This document shows positions 38,724-48,445 of a DNA stretch of 64,000 bases, in pieces. The translations under genes and the position numbers were made by a program. Position 1 is the stretch's first letter. The number at the start of each line of letters is the position of its first letter. The notes beneath the pieces are model-generated. The model was not told the origin of the DNA. It did not search any database and saw only the letters and a list, made by a program, of their open reading frames with translations. Source of the stretch: an uncultured bacterium (GTDB taxonomy: Bacteria > UBP4 > UBA4092); assembly GCA_964644695.1 (NCBI GenBank), contig CAZXWN010000012.1, positions 1 to 64,000 of the forward strand, in the 5' to 3' direction.

Positions 38724-40235
38724 ATGGCACGTGCATCTGATGAAAACATGGACGCAAAAGAAATAAAGAATACAGAAGGTAGAACAGCAGAAACTGGACA
38801 AGTAACTCCTGCAGCCTCTTCTTCCAGTCGTACGGGGCATCCTCCTGTTCGTAAACGAGTCCCTCGCGCAGAGAAACCTGAGAAACAAGATAAAAAGGTC
38901 GTTGAAGTTGACCGGACAACCACATCCCCAGAAGTAAGTGCAAATGTTAATGCCGGTCCAAGTAATGATAAGCCAATTGATACGGGTCTAAATATAGCTG
39001 TATTACAGAAAATGACGATTGGCGATCTAAACCAGGTTGCAAATGAAATGGGTATTGAAGGTCATAGTGGACTTCGTAAGCAGGACATGATCTTTAAAAT
39101 TCTTGAAACCCAGGCAAAAAGAGCTGGCGTATTGTTTGGCGAAGGGGTGCTTGAAATATTGCCCGATGGCTTTGGTTTCCTTCGTTCTCCACAATATAAT
39201 TACTTGCCTGGTCCCGATGACATTTATGTATCTCCGTCCCAAATTCGCCGATTTGATTTGAGAACGGGTGATACTGTGGCTGGACAGATAAGATCACCCA
39301 AAGATAATGAAAGATACTTTGCTCTTTTAAAAGTAGAAGCTATAAACTTTGAAGATCCTGAACGAGCACGCGAGAAGATTCTTTTTGATAACTTAACTCC
39401 AATTTACCCAAATCAAAGATTACGCTTAGAAACTGGTCCTGATAATGTTACGGGGCGTGTTTTAGATTTAATTGCCCCTCTTGGCAAAGGACAGCGTGGT
39501 TTGATTGTTGCTGCACCCCGGACAGGTAAAACGATGCTTTTGCAGAGTATTGCCAACAGCATTAGCATTAATCACCCCGAAGTATATTTGATTGTATTAT
39601 TGATTGATGAACGTCCGGAAGAAGTAACAGATATGAAGCGAACGGTTAGGGGGGAAGTAGTTAGTTCAACCTTTGATGAACCACCAGAACGTCATATCCA
39701 AGTCGCTGAAATCGTCATTGAGAAAGCCAAACGTTTAACTGAATGTGGTCGTGATGTTGTCATTCTGATGGATTCTTTGACGCGTTTAGCTCGTGCAAAC
39801 AATAACTTGATCCCTCATTCCGGTAAAATTCTTTCTGGTGGTGTCGATGCTATGGCGCTTGCCAGACCAAAACGTTTCTTTGCTGCGGCTCGAAATATTG
39901 AAGAAGGTGGAAGTTTAACAATTATCGCCACTTGTCTTGTTGAAACAGGCAGCCGCATGGATGATGTTATTTTTGAAGAATTTAAAGCGACCGGAAATAT
40001 GGAAATGCATTTAGACCGGCGTTTAGTCGATCGTAGAATATTCCCGGCTGTTGAAATCTTCAAATCTGGAACTCGTAAGGAAGAATTGTTATTGTCCGAA
40101 AAGGAATTACGTCGTGTCTGGCTGTTGCGTAAAGCCCTCTCTGAAATGAATGTTATCGAAATCATGGAAATGCTGGTGGAGCGAATTGGTAAGACCCGGA
40201 GTAACAGCGAATTCCTTGATAAAATGAACAATTAG
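38724..40235 (+). CDS. rho: Transcription termination factor Rho
   Basis: [30 protein letters not shown] and [10 protein letters not shown]. Has an ~85-aa N-terminal extension. Confidence 0.98.
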   Translation: MARASDENMDAKEIKNTEGRTAETGQVTPAASSSSRTGHPPVRKRVPRAEKPEKQDKKVVEVDRTTTSPEVSANVNAGPSNDKPIDTGLNIAVLQKMTIGDLNQVANEMGIEGHSGLRKQDMIFKILETQAKRAGVLFGEGVLEILPDGFGFLRSPQYNYLPGPDDIYVSPSQIRRFDLRTGDTVAGQIRSPKDNERYFALLKVEAINFEDPERAREKILFDNLTPIYPNQRLRLETGPDNVTGRVLDLIAPLGKGQRGLIVAAPRTGKTMLLQSIANSISINHPEVYLIVLLIDERPEEVTDMKRTVRGEVVSSTFDEPPERHIQVAEIVIEKAKRLTECGRDVVILMDSLTRLARANNNLIPHSGKILSGGVDAMALARPKRFFAAARNIEEGGSLTIIATCLVETGSRMDDVIFEEFKATGNMEMHLDRRLVDRRIFPAVEIFKSGTRKEELLLSEKELRRVWLLRKALSEMNVIEIMEMLVERIGKTRSNSEFLDKMNN

Positions 40236-40330
40236 GGCTAAGAAACTAGACAGAAAGTCTTAGACCGGTGTAGAATAAATATCTTACATTGACATTGATG
40301 AAGTAATTAAAGAATAGCAAGGAGTTTATT

Positions 40331-40555
40331 GTGAAAAATGGCATTCATCCGAAATACCACCATGTGATTGCAAAATGTGCTTGTGGTGCTACTTTTGAAA
40401 CTGGTTCCACCAAACCGGAAATTCATGTTGACCTTTGTTCTGCGTGTCATCCGTTCTTTACTGGCAAACAGAAATTGGTTGATACAGCGGGACGGGTTGA
40501 TCGGTTCTTAAAACGCTATGCCAAGTATACAGAACACGCCCCAATCGAAAAATAG
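40331..40555 (+). CDS. rpmE: 50S ribosomal protein L31 (Zn-binding C+ type)
   Basis: [13 protein letters not shown] and [10 protein letters not shown]. Confidence 0.97.
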   Translation: MKNGIHPKYHHVIAKCACGATFETGSTKPEIHVDLCSACHPFFTGKQKLVDTAGRVDRFLKRYAKYTEHAPIEK

Positions 40556-40572
40556 TTACTTTTTGCCTCTAA

Positions 40573-40606
40573 AAAATGCAGGACAGTTGTGTTTGTCCTG
40601 CATTTT
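40573..40606 (+). terminator. Hairpin/terminator after rpmE
   Basis: AAAATGCAGGACA/TGTCCTGCATTTT. Confidence 0.65.
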
Positions 40607-40625
40607 CTATTTACCTTTATACCTA

Positions 40626-41576
40626 ATGAAACCTAGTGAACTGGCTGTTGGTGGACAGGCCGTTTTAGAAGGTGTCATGATGAGAGGGCAAAAAGGCTAC
40701 TCTATTGCTGTTCGTCGGCCAAATGGCAAAATCGCATCAAAAGATGAACATAAGATTCCATGGACTAAGCAACACAAATTACTTGGAATTCCAGTGTTAC
40801 GAGGTGTAGTGACTCTTGTTGAGGCTATGATAATCGGATTTAAGGCCCTTGAGTACTCTGCAAATGTTTCTCTGGAAGAAAAAGATGATGAAAATGAATC
40901 TGGTGCAAATGCACCAGCAATGAGTAAGACGACAATATTCTTTACCTTTATAGTGTCCATGGCTTTAGCTATGGGGCTTTTTGTGGTCCTTCCGAATGTG
41001 ATTACCCAATTCATGAGAATCAATGAAGCAACCTCTCCATTTTTATTCCATGTTGTTGCTGGGATAATCAGAATGTTTCTCTTTTTAGCGTACATCATTG
41101 GTATCAGCCAGATGAAAGACATCCGACGGGTGTTTGAATATCATGGGGCTGAACATAAAACCATTCGAACCTATGAAGCGGATGAGGGCTTGCAGGTTGT
41201 AAATGCAAAAAAACACTCAAGATTCCATCCCCGTTGTGGAACAAGCTTTATTTTAATGGTGATGGTTATAAGTATATTCATATTTGCTTTTGTAACTGGA
41301 TTTATTGTTCAGTATTGGGCAGGGTTTACTGAATATGCGGTCTGGCTGCAGAAGTTGATTTTGATACCTGCACATATTATTGCCATGTTACCTGTGGCGG
41401 GTTTGTCTTATGAAGTAAATCGTAAGTGTTCACGCTGTATTGATTCCCCACTCTCAAAATTGATAGTCAGTCCCGGATTGTGGTTTCAGCGGCTCACGAC
41501 AAGAGAACCTGATGAAACACAGTTGGAAGTTGCAATTCAAGCGTTAAATCGAACCCTGGAAATGGGAGATGTATAA
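40626..41576 (+). CDS. DUF1385 family membrane protein
   Basis: VGGQAVLEGVMMR, FEYHGAEHK, HPRCGTSF and LTTREPD. Confidence 0.9.
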   Translation: MKPSELAVGGQAVLEGVMMRGQKGYSIAVRRPNGKIASKDEHKIPWTKQHKLLGIPVLRGVVTLVEAMIIGFKALEYSANVSLEEKDDENESGANAPAMSKTTIFFTFIVSMALAMGLFVVLPNVITQFMRINEATSPFLFHVVAGIIRMFLFLAYIIGISQMKDIRRVFEYHGAEHKTIRTYEADEGLQVVNAKKHSRFHPRCGTSFILMVMVISIFIFAFVTGFIVQYWAGFTEYAVWLQKLILIPAHIIAMLPVAGLSYEVNRKCSRCIDSPLSKLIVSPGLWFQRLTTREPDETQLEVAIQALNRTLEMGDV

Positions 41577-41581
41577 ATCAA

Positions 41582-42670
41582 ATGAATCCATTACTCGTTA
41601 AACGTTTAGATGCATTGAATACAGAAAAGGAAGAGTTAGAAAAACAATTATCTGATCCTTCCCTTGTTTCGAAGCGAGATGAATTTGCCCGGGTAAGCAG
41701 AAAACACCGGGAAATATCTGATTTGGTTCGAATGTATGACAATTATCAGGATTTATCCGGACAACTGGATGATGCTAAATTGATGTTGGAAGATGCAGAT
41801 CCTGAAATGGCATCATTGGCCCAATCCGAAATAGAGCCGCTCACTCAGAAGGTGGAGAAGCTCGAACATGAAATTCAAGTAGCATTGCTTCCCAAAGATC
41901 CCCTGGATGAAAAAAATATTATTGTTGAAATTCGTGGGGGAACAGGCGGGCAGGAAGCTTCTTTATTTGCGGGTGATTTATTCCGAATGTATTCTAAGTA
42001 TGCAGAAATCCAGGGTTGGAAGATGGAAATAGTTGATAGTCATCCTTCTGACATGGGTGGCTACAAGGAAATTGTATTTAATTTGGAAGGAACACGAGTC
42101 TATAGCCGGCTTAAGTATGAACAAGGGGTTCATCGTGTTCAACGCGTCCCTTTGACCGAGGCCAGTGGAAGAATACATACTTCTACCGCATCCGTAGCTG
42201 TTTTACCTGAGGCTGAGGAAGTGGATATTGACATCAGTCCTAATGACATCCGCGTCGATATCTGTTGTTCCAGTGGACCGGGTGGACAGTGTGTCAATAC
42301 GACGTATTCAGCGGTACAGTTGCTTCATATTCCGACCGGGATTATCGTTCGTTGCCAGGATGAAAGGTCTCAGATAAAAAATAAAGCTAAAGCAATGAAA
42401 GTTTTACGTTCCCGATTACTTGAGCAGAAGAGAATGGAAGCCGAAAAGGAATATACAGAAGCCCGGCGGGCTCAAATTGGTTCGGGTGACCGTTCTGAGA
42501 AAATCCGTACTTATAACTTTAAGGAAAACCGGATAACAGATCACCGAATTAATGTGAGTTGGTACCAGTTAGAAACAATTCTGGAAGGAAACTTGGATGA
42601 GGTCATTGATGCTCTGGTTTCGTATGATACAGAAAGCTTATTGAAACAAATGGGAATGTCAAACACCTGA
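41582..42670 (+). CDS. prfA: Peptide chain release factor 1
   Basis: GTGGQEA, RVQRVPLTE (PxT anticodon motif), GGQ and RSEKIRTYNF. Confidence 0.97.
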   Translation: MNPLLVKRLDALNTEKEELEKQLSDPSLVSKRDEFARVSRKHREISDLVRMYDNYQDLSGQLDDAKLMLEDADPEMASLAQSEIEPLTQKVEKLEHEIQVALLPKDPLDEKNIIVEIRGGTGGQEASLFAGDLFRMYSKYAEIQGWKMEIVDSHPSDMGGYKEIVFNLEGTRVYSRLKYEQGVHRVQRVPLTEASGRIHTSTASVAVLPEAEEVDIDISPNDIRVDICCSSGPGGQCVNTTYSAVQLLHIPTGIIVRCQDERSQIKNKAKAMKVLRSRLLEQKRMEAEKEYTEARRAQIGSGDRSEKIRTYNFKENRITDHRINVSWYQLETILEGNLDEVIDALVSYDTESLLKQMGMSNT

Positions 42671-42694
42671 TAGTCCAATACCCATAATTTATCC

Positions 42695-42731
42695 AGGCTG
42701 TAATCATTAAATCTAATGATTACAGCCTTTT
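42695..42731 (+). terminator. Intrinsic terminator after prfA
   Basis: AGGCTGTAATCATTA/TAATGATTACAGCCT followed by TTT. Confidence 0.8.
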
Positions 42732-42765
42732 ATATTATTAGTTTACAGGGATGTAAACTTTTAGC

Positions 42766-42794
42766 TTGACTTTAATGGTAGTTCTTTATATGGT
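42766..42794 (+). promoter_or_regulatory. Candidate sigma70 promoter
   Basis: TTGACT-N17-TATGGT upstream of the gene at 42857. Confidence 0.5.
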
Positions 42795-42856
42795 ATAGGC
42801 ACTATGTTAATTACACCTCAAGCAAGTAAAAAACCCGGGTAGCGAGGAGTGTCATA

Positions 42857-43543
42857 ATGCAAAATAAATGGCTTCCTAATGATGATTTCTTTTTCGAGGC
42901 TGATGAGCCTCGGGTTTGGTCCGAAGAGGATTGGGAACAGTACCTCCAGGACCAGGAAAAAAGAGCCACACTAACCACACGCAAGACTCGTGATATTAAG
43001 CAGTCCTACCAAGAACACTTCAATGGGGATTTCCCCAGTATCCAATGTGAACATCACTCTCTGAATACGAATGTTCAATCTAATTGGCTGAATCAAAGCC
43101 AAACAAGTGACTATCCAACGATATCTCTGGAATCCATGGAGCATTTCCTGGAGCAGGGTGGTCCAAGTATCGATGATGTGCCCATTTATCGGTTGGTACT
43201 CATGATGAACCATGATTTCTCTAAATTCATTCTCTCTCATTTACAATCTGGAGAGACCAGCCCAGAGGTTCATCAAATTAATACACATTTCTTCCAAATC
43301 CAATCCCACATAGTTGCCGGGCATACCCTGGGTTATGAGGGTGAAGGATTGTCCGGAAACATTGTCCGCTTAAAAAGGGCTTTGAAATGCGCTCAAACAT
43401 GTATGGATTCTCTTTTGTCCTTAAAGCGTAAGAGGGTCGTTCATGATGATATTATCGAATCACTCATCTGTTATCTGAATAATATTCGTGATCAGTTAAT
43501 AAGATATATTTTGGATTTAAGAAGCCAACAATATCTGGCTTGA
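42857..43543 (+). CDS. Hypothetical protein (acidic N-terminus, helical-bundle C-terminus)
   Basis: RBS GAGGAG, own candidate promoter and terminator. No family recognised with confidence. Confidence 0.65.
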   Translation: MQNKWLPNDDFFFEADEPRVWSEEDWEQYLQDQEKRATLTTRKTRDIKQSYQEHFNGDFPSIQCEHHSLNTNVQSNWLNQSQTSDYPTISLESMEHFLEQGGPSIDDVPIYRLVLMMNHDFSKFILSHLQSGETSPEVHQINTHFFQIQSHIVAGHTLGYEGEGLSGNIVRLKRALKCAQTCMDSLLSLKRKRVVHDDIIESLICYLNNIRDQLIRYILDLRSQQYLA

Positions 43544-43562
43544 AACATAGATGACAGTTTAC

Positions 43563-43597
43563 AAACCCCGGTTCGTCTGATGATGGACCGGGGTTTT
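43563..43597 (+). terminator. Intrinsic terminator
   Basis: AAACCCCGGTTC/GGACCGGGGTTTT. Confidence 0.75.
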
Positions 43598-43644
43598 CTA
43601 TTGTCCTGAGCAAGAAAGGCAATATGATAAAATTGAAAATTAAT

Positions 43645-44745
43645 ATGACGAATAAACCAACCGTAGCCGTTGCCATGAGTGGTGGCGTTGACAGCAGTAC
43701 CACCGCTGCTCTCCTGAAGGAGCAAGGATACCGTGTTATTGGCATCACAATGCGTCTTTACACGGGTTTTTCTACCTGCTGTGGGCTAAGCGATGTTGAG
43801 GATGCCCGTAAGGTTGCCGAAGTTATGGGTTTTCCCTTTCATGTGATCAGTTTTGAAAAGGAATTCTCATCTTATGTGATAGACCGCTTTGTCTCCGATT
43901 ATTTGCATGGCAGGACCCCCAATCCCTGTGTTTTATGTAATCAAAGTTTAAAGTTTGATTATCTTCTTCAAAAGGCCCGGGAACTGGGGGCTGATTATTT
44001 AGCAACCGGGCATTATGCGCAAATCACACACGATGACCAAACAGGCCAATACCATCTATGTAAAGCCGTTGATATTCAGAAAGACCAATCTTACTTCCTA
44101 TTCTCAGTTACACAGCCCCTGTTGGCACGATTAATGTTCCCTCTGGGTGGAATGACAAAAGAGCAGACTCGTGAGCTCTCAAGGCAATTAAAGCTCCCTG
44201 TGCACGATAAATCAGAGAGCCAGGACATTTGTTTTGTCTCACAGGGAAGATATCCTGAATTTGTTGAATCCTGGATAAACTATCGTAAAGAATTTAACCA
44301 GCAGGATATTCCAACTAAAGGTAATTTTGTTGATATCCAGGGAAAAGTTCTGGGACAGCATAAGGGGATCCACTATTACACGGTTGGGCAGAGAAGTCGT
44401 TTGGGTATTGCTCTGGGAAAACCTGTTTATGTGGCTGAAATTAAGGCGGACAAGAATCAGGTTGTTCTTGGCGATGTGGATGACTTGATGCGGTCAGAAT
44501 GTCGAATCAGTGATGTGAATTGGATTTCTGGAGTCTCTCCCGTTAAACCCTTAGAAGCGGTCGTGAAGATAAGATATCGCCATGAGGGAGCCTTAGCCTG
44601 CCTTTATCCAGAAAAAGAGGGGTTAGTTCGTATCGAATTTACCCCCCCCCAGCGAGCTATCACGCCTGGTCAGGCGGCCGTCTTTTATGACGGTGAAATA
44701 GTCGTGGGGGGTGGATGGATTTCCGAGGTAATTAAACCTCAGTAA
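43645..44745 (+). CDS. mnmA: tRNA 2-thiouridylase
   Basis: AMSGGVDSS, RTPNPCVLCN, ATGHYA, KDQSYFL, ESQDICF and ITPGQAAVFY. Confidence 0.97.
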   Translation: MTNKPTVAVAMSGGVDSSTTAALLKEQGYRVIGITMRLYTGFSTCCGLSDVEDARKVAEVMGFPFHVISFEKEFSSYVIDRFVSDYLHGRTPNPCVLCNQSLKFDYLLQKARELGADYLATGHYAQITHDDQTGQYHLCKAVDIQKDQSYFLFSVTQPLLARLMFPLGGMTKEQTRELSRQLKLPVHDKSESQDICFVSQGRYPEFVESWINYRKEFNQQDIPTKGNFVDIQGKVLGQHKGIHYYTVGQRSRLGIALGKPVYVAEIKADKNQVVLGDVDDLMRSECRISDVNWISGVSPVKPLEAVVKIRYRHEGALACLYPEKEGLVRIEFTPPQRAITPGQAAVFYDGEIVVGGGWISEVIKPQ

Positions 44746-44758
44746 TCTGTTATTCTAA

Positions 44759-46672
44759 TTAACTCTTTTTGCTCTTGGTCAGGTCCTTATTCTCCGTAAT
44801 TTTGGCGCGCTTACGAAGTGCTGTCATCCATTCTTTCACAGCTTGTTCTTTCTTCTGGTTGACTAAAGCTTTGGTCAGTTGTTCACGGGTTTCATTGAAT
44901 GCGGATTCAGGAGCAGCAACCCGGTCTTTTAACCGGATGATGCAGTACAGAGTGAAACCCTGTCCCATTGAATCCTGAACCTTTATCACATTGCTTGTTT
45001 TACCGATGGGCTGATAGAAAGCTGTCTGCATGAGCGGACTGTTCTGTCCCAGGCCAGGGATGTTATCAATTAATGAGTTGGGTCCCATGGTCACGACTTT
45101 TAAGCTGTTTTTCGCCGCGATTTGTTCCAGTGTGCTTCCACTCGTTATTTCTTTGCCTGCTTGTAATGCAGCTTTTTCAGCGGCATCCTGGGCTAACTTA
45201 TAAATCAACCGAGCCTTGACCTGTTCTTTGACTTCTTCGTAGGCAGGAATACGGCTTTCTATTTTATTTAATAACTGAACAATATACAGGCCCTTTTCAG
45301 ATTGGTATGGGCCAAGGAGAGTACCTACCTGCATTGAAGGTAAGTCAGATAAAAATTCCTTATTGGTATTCAGTATAGGGCTGTTTTTGCCGTTGAACAT
45401 ACCCGATGTTCCATAATTAAGCCCCGACTTGGCGGCGATTTCAGAAAGATTGACCTTTCCTGTGGAAGAACTCATTAATTCCTGACACTTGTCTTCAGCT
45501 TTAATCATTGCACTTTGTGTCTTGATTGCTGCAGTAATCTGATCTTTTACTTCACTGACAGGTTTAACGCGGGAGGCTTCATGTTTTACAACTTGGAGAA
45601 CGGCATAGCCATCTTTGACTCTCAGTCCTGGGGTGGATTGCCCTGGTTTCAGAGAGAAGAGTATTTGTTCAACCTGTTGGCTGACCTTACCTCTTTCAAT
45701 CCAACCTAAATCACGAATAGTTAATCCCTGAGTTGCTTTTTCAAAAGCTGTCCCTGCCTGAAGTTTTGCAGAAACTTCCTGGATTTTCTGTTGTGCGGCC
45801 TGTTGAGCCTGGGCGGGTGCTGTCTCTGGAATGACGATTTCTGCCTGTCGAATACTAATGCGTTCCGGAATGACATACTTGCTCATTTCGGAATTATAGT
45901 ATTCACTGACCTGCTGATAAGTTACCTGAATCGAGGCTGCCATAGCCGCTGGATCAACAAAAGCATATCCAACTTCATATTGGGGCGGTAATGCATACAT
46001 CTGTTGAGTTTCAGTGAAGGACTTCTTAACAGCATCTTCGGTGACACTGACTTTGCTTATATAATCTGGTACCCCAAATCGAATTAAATCAAAGGTCAGT
46101 TTCTCATTGCGTTTGCGGAATTCCTCGCGAACTTCAGGTTCACTGACTTTCACAAAATCTGTGACCAGCGCAACCATTTTGTTTGAAATTCGTTCGGAAC
46201 GAAGTTCTGCCTCAAACATTTCCGGTGTCTTACCCTGAGACTGAAGGGCCTGACGATAAGCTTGTGGATTGAACTGTCCGTTGACCTGGAATGCCGGTAC
46301 GCCCTGGATAATCTGGCGTATTTCCTCATCACTAACTTGGACACCCGCTTTTTTGGCTTCCTGGAGAACGAGTTTCTGACTGATTAATGAATCAACAACG
46401 GATGCGGACAGGTTTAACTGTTCTGCCATTTCTTCATTAAAAGCATCACCATAGGTCTCACGGACTTGGTCCATGTATTTCTTGTATTGCGTTTCGTATT
46501 CTTGATAACTGATTATTTCGCCATTGACCTTTGCGGCATACCCTAAATCACCTTTACCGTTCCCGGTCAATTGGCTCCAACCATAAAATGCCACAAAAGC
46601 AGGAATGATAAGAATCAGGGTCCAGAACATAATGGTTTTGACATATTTTGGATTTCGTAATGTTTGTAACAT
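44759..46672 (-). CDS. ppiD: Periplasmic chaperone PpiD/SurA_N family
   Basis: MLQTLR, TM anchor, AAKVNGEII SurA_N, PAFQVNGQFN and rotamase-like DLGWI. Confidence 0.8.
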   Translation of the reverse strand: MLQTLRNPKYVKTIMFWTLILIIPAFVAFYGWSQLTGNGKGDLGYAAKVNGEIISYQEYETQYKKYMDQVRETYGDAFNEEMAEQLNLSASVVDSLISQKLVLQEAKKAGVQVSDEEIRQIIQGVPAFQVNGQFNPQAYRQALQSQGKTPEMFEAELRSERISNKMVALVTDFVKVSEPEVREEFRKRNEKLTFDLIRFGVPDYISKVSVTEDAVKKSFTETQQMYALPPQYEVGYAFVDPAAMAASIQVTYQQVSEYYNSEMSKYVIPERISIRQAEIVIPETAPAQAQQAAQQKIQEVSAKLQAGTAFEKATQGLTIRDLGWIERGKVSQQVEQILFSLKPGQSTPGLRVKDGYAVLQVVKHEASRVKPVSEVKDQITAAIKTQSAMIKAEDKCQELMSSSTGKVNLSEIAAKSGLNYGTSGMFNGKNSPILNTNKEFLSDLPSMQVGTLLGPYQSEKGLYIVQLLNKIESRIPAYEEVKEQVKARLIYKLAQDAAEKAALQAGKEITSGSTLEQIAAKNSLKVVTMGPNSLIDNIPGLGQNSPLMQTAFYQPIGKTSNVIKVQDSMGQGFTLYCIIRLKDRVAAPESAFNETREQLTKALVNQKKEQAVKEWMTALRKRAKITENKDLTKSKKS

Positions 46673-46853
46673 GTTTAATTTGATCTCCTGGTCGGATTTT
46701 ATAAAAGCAAATATAAAGAGGTTATTATAACAGAATCACTCAATTAAACCAGTTTACATTATCTTTGTAAAGCCAAGTTTATAAAAAGTCCCGTTTATTC
46801 ATGATAATTACTGCCTGTGAACACGTTAAATAGTGCTGACAACATACGTTGAT

Positions 46854-46874
46854 GTCACGGACCAGCTCCGTGGA
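46854..46874. repeat. Short palindromic intergenic repeat, copy 3 (shortened)
   Basis: GTCACGGACCAGCTCCGTGGA shares the CACGGA/TCCGTGG stem with copies 1 and 2. Confidence 0.45.
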
Positions 46875-47187
46875 TTTATCGTTTATAACAGTGCATCCGC
46901 AGACAATATTATCTTGAAGGATAGACTTGAATTTAACCCATCTAAAGTGCCTAAAAGTGTTCCTCCAGCAGGTGTCTCTGATTGAAAACAAACTGCTTAT
47001 TATGCAAAAAATAAAGAAAGTCCTCAAAAAAAAGTTCTTGCTTATTGTAATTTAATGAGTTAAATGTAGAATATATATCATAAAGTGAAATATTGAGAAG
47101 TAATGGGATGAATCAATATGACAATGAAATGTCAGAATGAACCAACAACTTCAAAAAAACAAATTACCTTAAACATGGTTAAAAATA

Positions 47188-47215
47188 TTGACAGCGAGGG
47201 CTGTTCCAGTATAAT
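47188..47215 (+). promoter_or_regulatory. Sigma70 promoter of pilMNOPQ
   Basis: TTGACA-N16-TATAAT, consensus hexamers, about 67 bp upstream of pilM. Confidence 0.75.
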
Positions 47216-47281
47216 TCAATTTATTGGGATAGTTACATCAATAAATTCAGGCAAACGCCAGACATCGGAGGGTCAGATTCA

Positions 47282-48442
47282 GTGCTGAAACTTTTTGGTA
47301 AAAAAGGTTCTGTATTAGGTGTAGACTTGGGCACCAGTAGTGTCAAAGTCGTTCAAGCCAGTACCTCCGGGAAAAAGGTGGTCATTGAACGGGTCGGTTT
47401 TGCTCCGGTCAAATTAGAAGGGAACCGAACAGATCCTTCTGATCAGGCCTTAACCGATGCCCTGAAAGTGGCTCTCGCGGAGTCAGGAGCAACTTCACGC
47501 GATGTGTGTTGTTCTATCAGCGGCGATTCAGTGATTGTTCGTTATCTTCAATTCCCGGATATGCCGGATGATGAACTGGGATATGCTCTGCGTTTGCAGG
47601 CAGAAGAATTTATCCCCTTCCGGCTGGACGAAGTCAATCTCGATTATTACCGGTTAACTCCCACCACGAAAGACCCCGGCAAGAAAGCGGATCTTATTTT
47701 GGTGGCGGCTCGGAAAGACTTAGTGACCCGTCGTGTCGATATCTTGCGTTCTGCAGGATTAAATCCGGTCATTATGGATACTGATTCTTTCGCCGTTTTG
47801 AATTGTGTGGAGAGTGTACATACTTTTGGTGGAGATGAAGTGTTAGCCTTGGTTAGTATGGGTGCTACCTATACAAATATCAATATTTTCGAAGGCAATA
47901 TCTCTCGATTTGCCCGTGATATTACAGCTGGGGGAAATACGATATCTCAAGCTATCTCGTCACGAATGCAACTGTCTTTCAGCGAAGCTGAACGAATTAA
48001 ATGTGAAGAAGGATTTGTTTCATCACAGGATGTTGTTCAGGAAAGACCTGCATCAACTCCGGGAATCGCAGAAGTCATTAAGGATACCGTTGAGAAAATT
48101 ACCGGTGAGCCCATGGATGGTGATTCACGAAAGGCAAAATTAAATGGCATTATCCGGGTTCCCGTTCAAAACCTCTTGACCGAAATCCGGCGATCACTGC
48201 AGTTTTATGAAAACCAGCCTAACGGCAAACCCATTAATAAAATATTATTAACGGGTGGTGGTGCTATGCTGAAAAACCTGGATCAGTATATGTCAGAGCG
48301 ATTGGGGCTTCCCGTCACAGTTATCAGCCCTATCGAAAATGCTGAAATCAAGAATCCTTCCCAGGCCGACCGTATTAAGACCATAGCCCCCCGATTAACC
48401 GTTGCTATTGGACTGGCACTTAGACAAGTGGGGGATAAGTAA
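47282..48442 (+). CDS. pilM: Type IV pilus assembly protein PilM
   Basis: LGVDLGTSSVK, EEFIPFRLDEVNLDY, LVAARKD, TGGGAML and AIGLALR. Confidence 0.92.
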   Translation: MLKLFGKKGSVLGVDLGTSSVKVVQASTSGKKVVIERVGFAPVKLEGNRTDPSDQALTDALKVALAESGATSRDVCCSISGDSVIVRYLQFPDMPDDELGYALRLQAEEFIPFRLDEVNLDYYRLTPTTKDPGKKADLILVAARKDLVTRRVDILRSAGLNPVIMDTDSFAVLNCVESVHTFGGDEVLALVSMGATYTNINIFEGNISRFARDITAGGNTISQAISSRMQLSFSEAERIKCEEGFVSSQDVVQERPASTPGIAEVIKDTVEKITGEPMDGDSRKAKLNGIIRVPVQNLLTEIRRSLQFYENQPNGKPINKILLTGGGAMLKNLDQYMSERLGLPVTVISPIENAEIKNPSQADRIKTIAPRLTVAIGLALRQVGDK

Positions 48443-48445
48443 GCC

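Noticed and set aside
38724-38980. Rho N-terminal low-complexity extension as a novelty
   Set aside because: Such extensions are common in Rho from many phyla.
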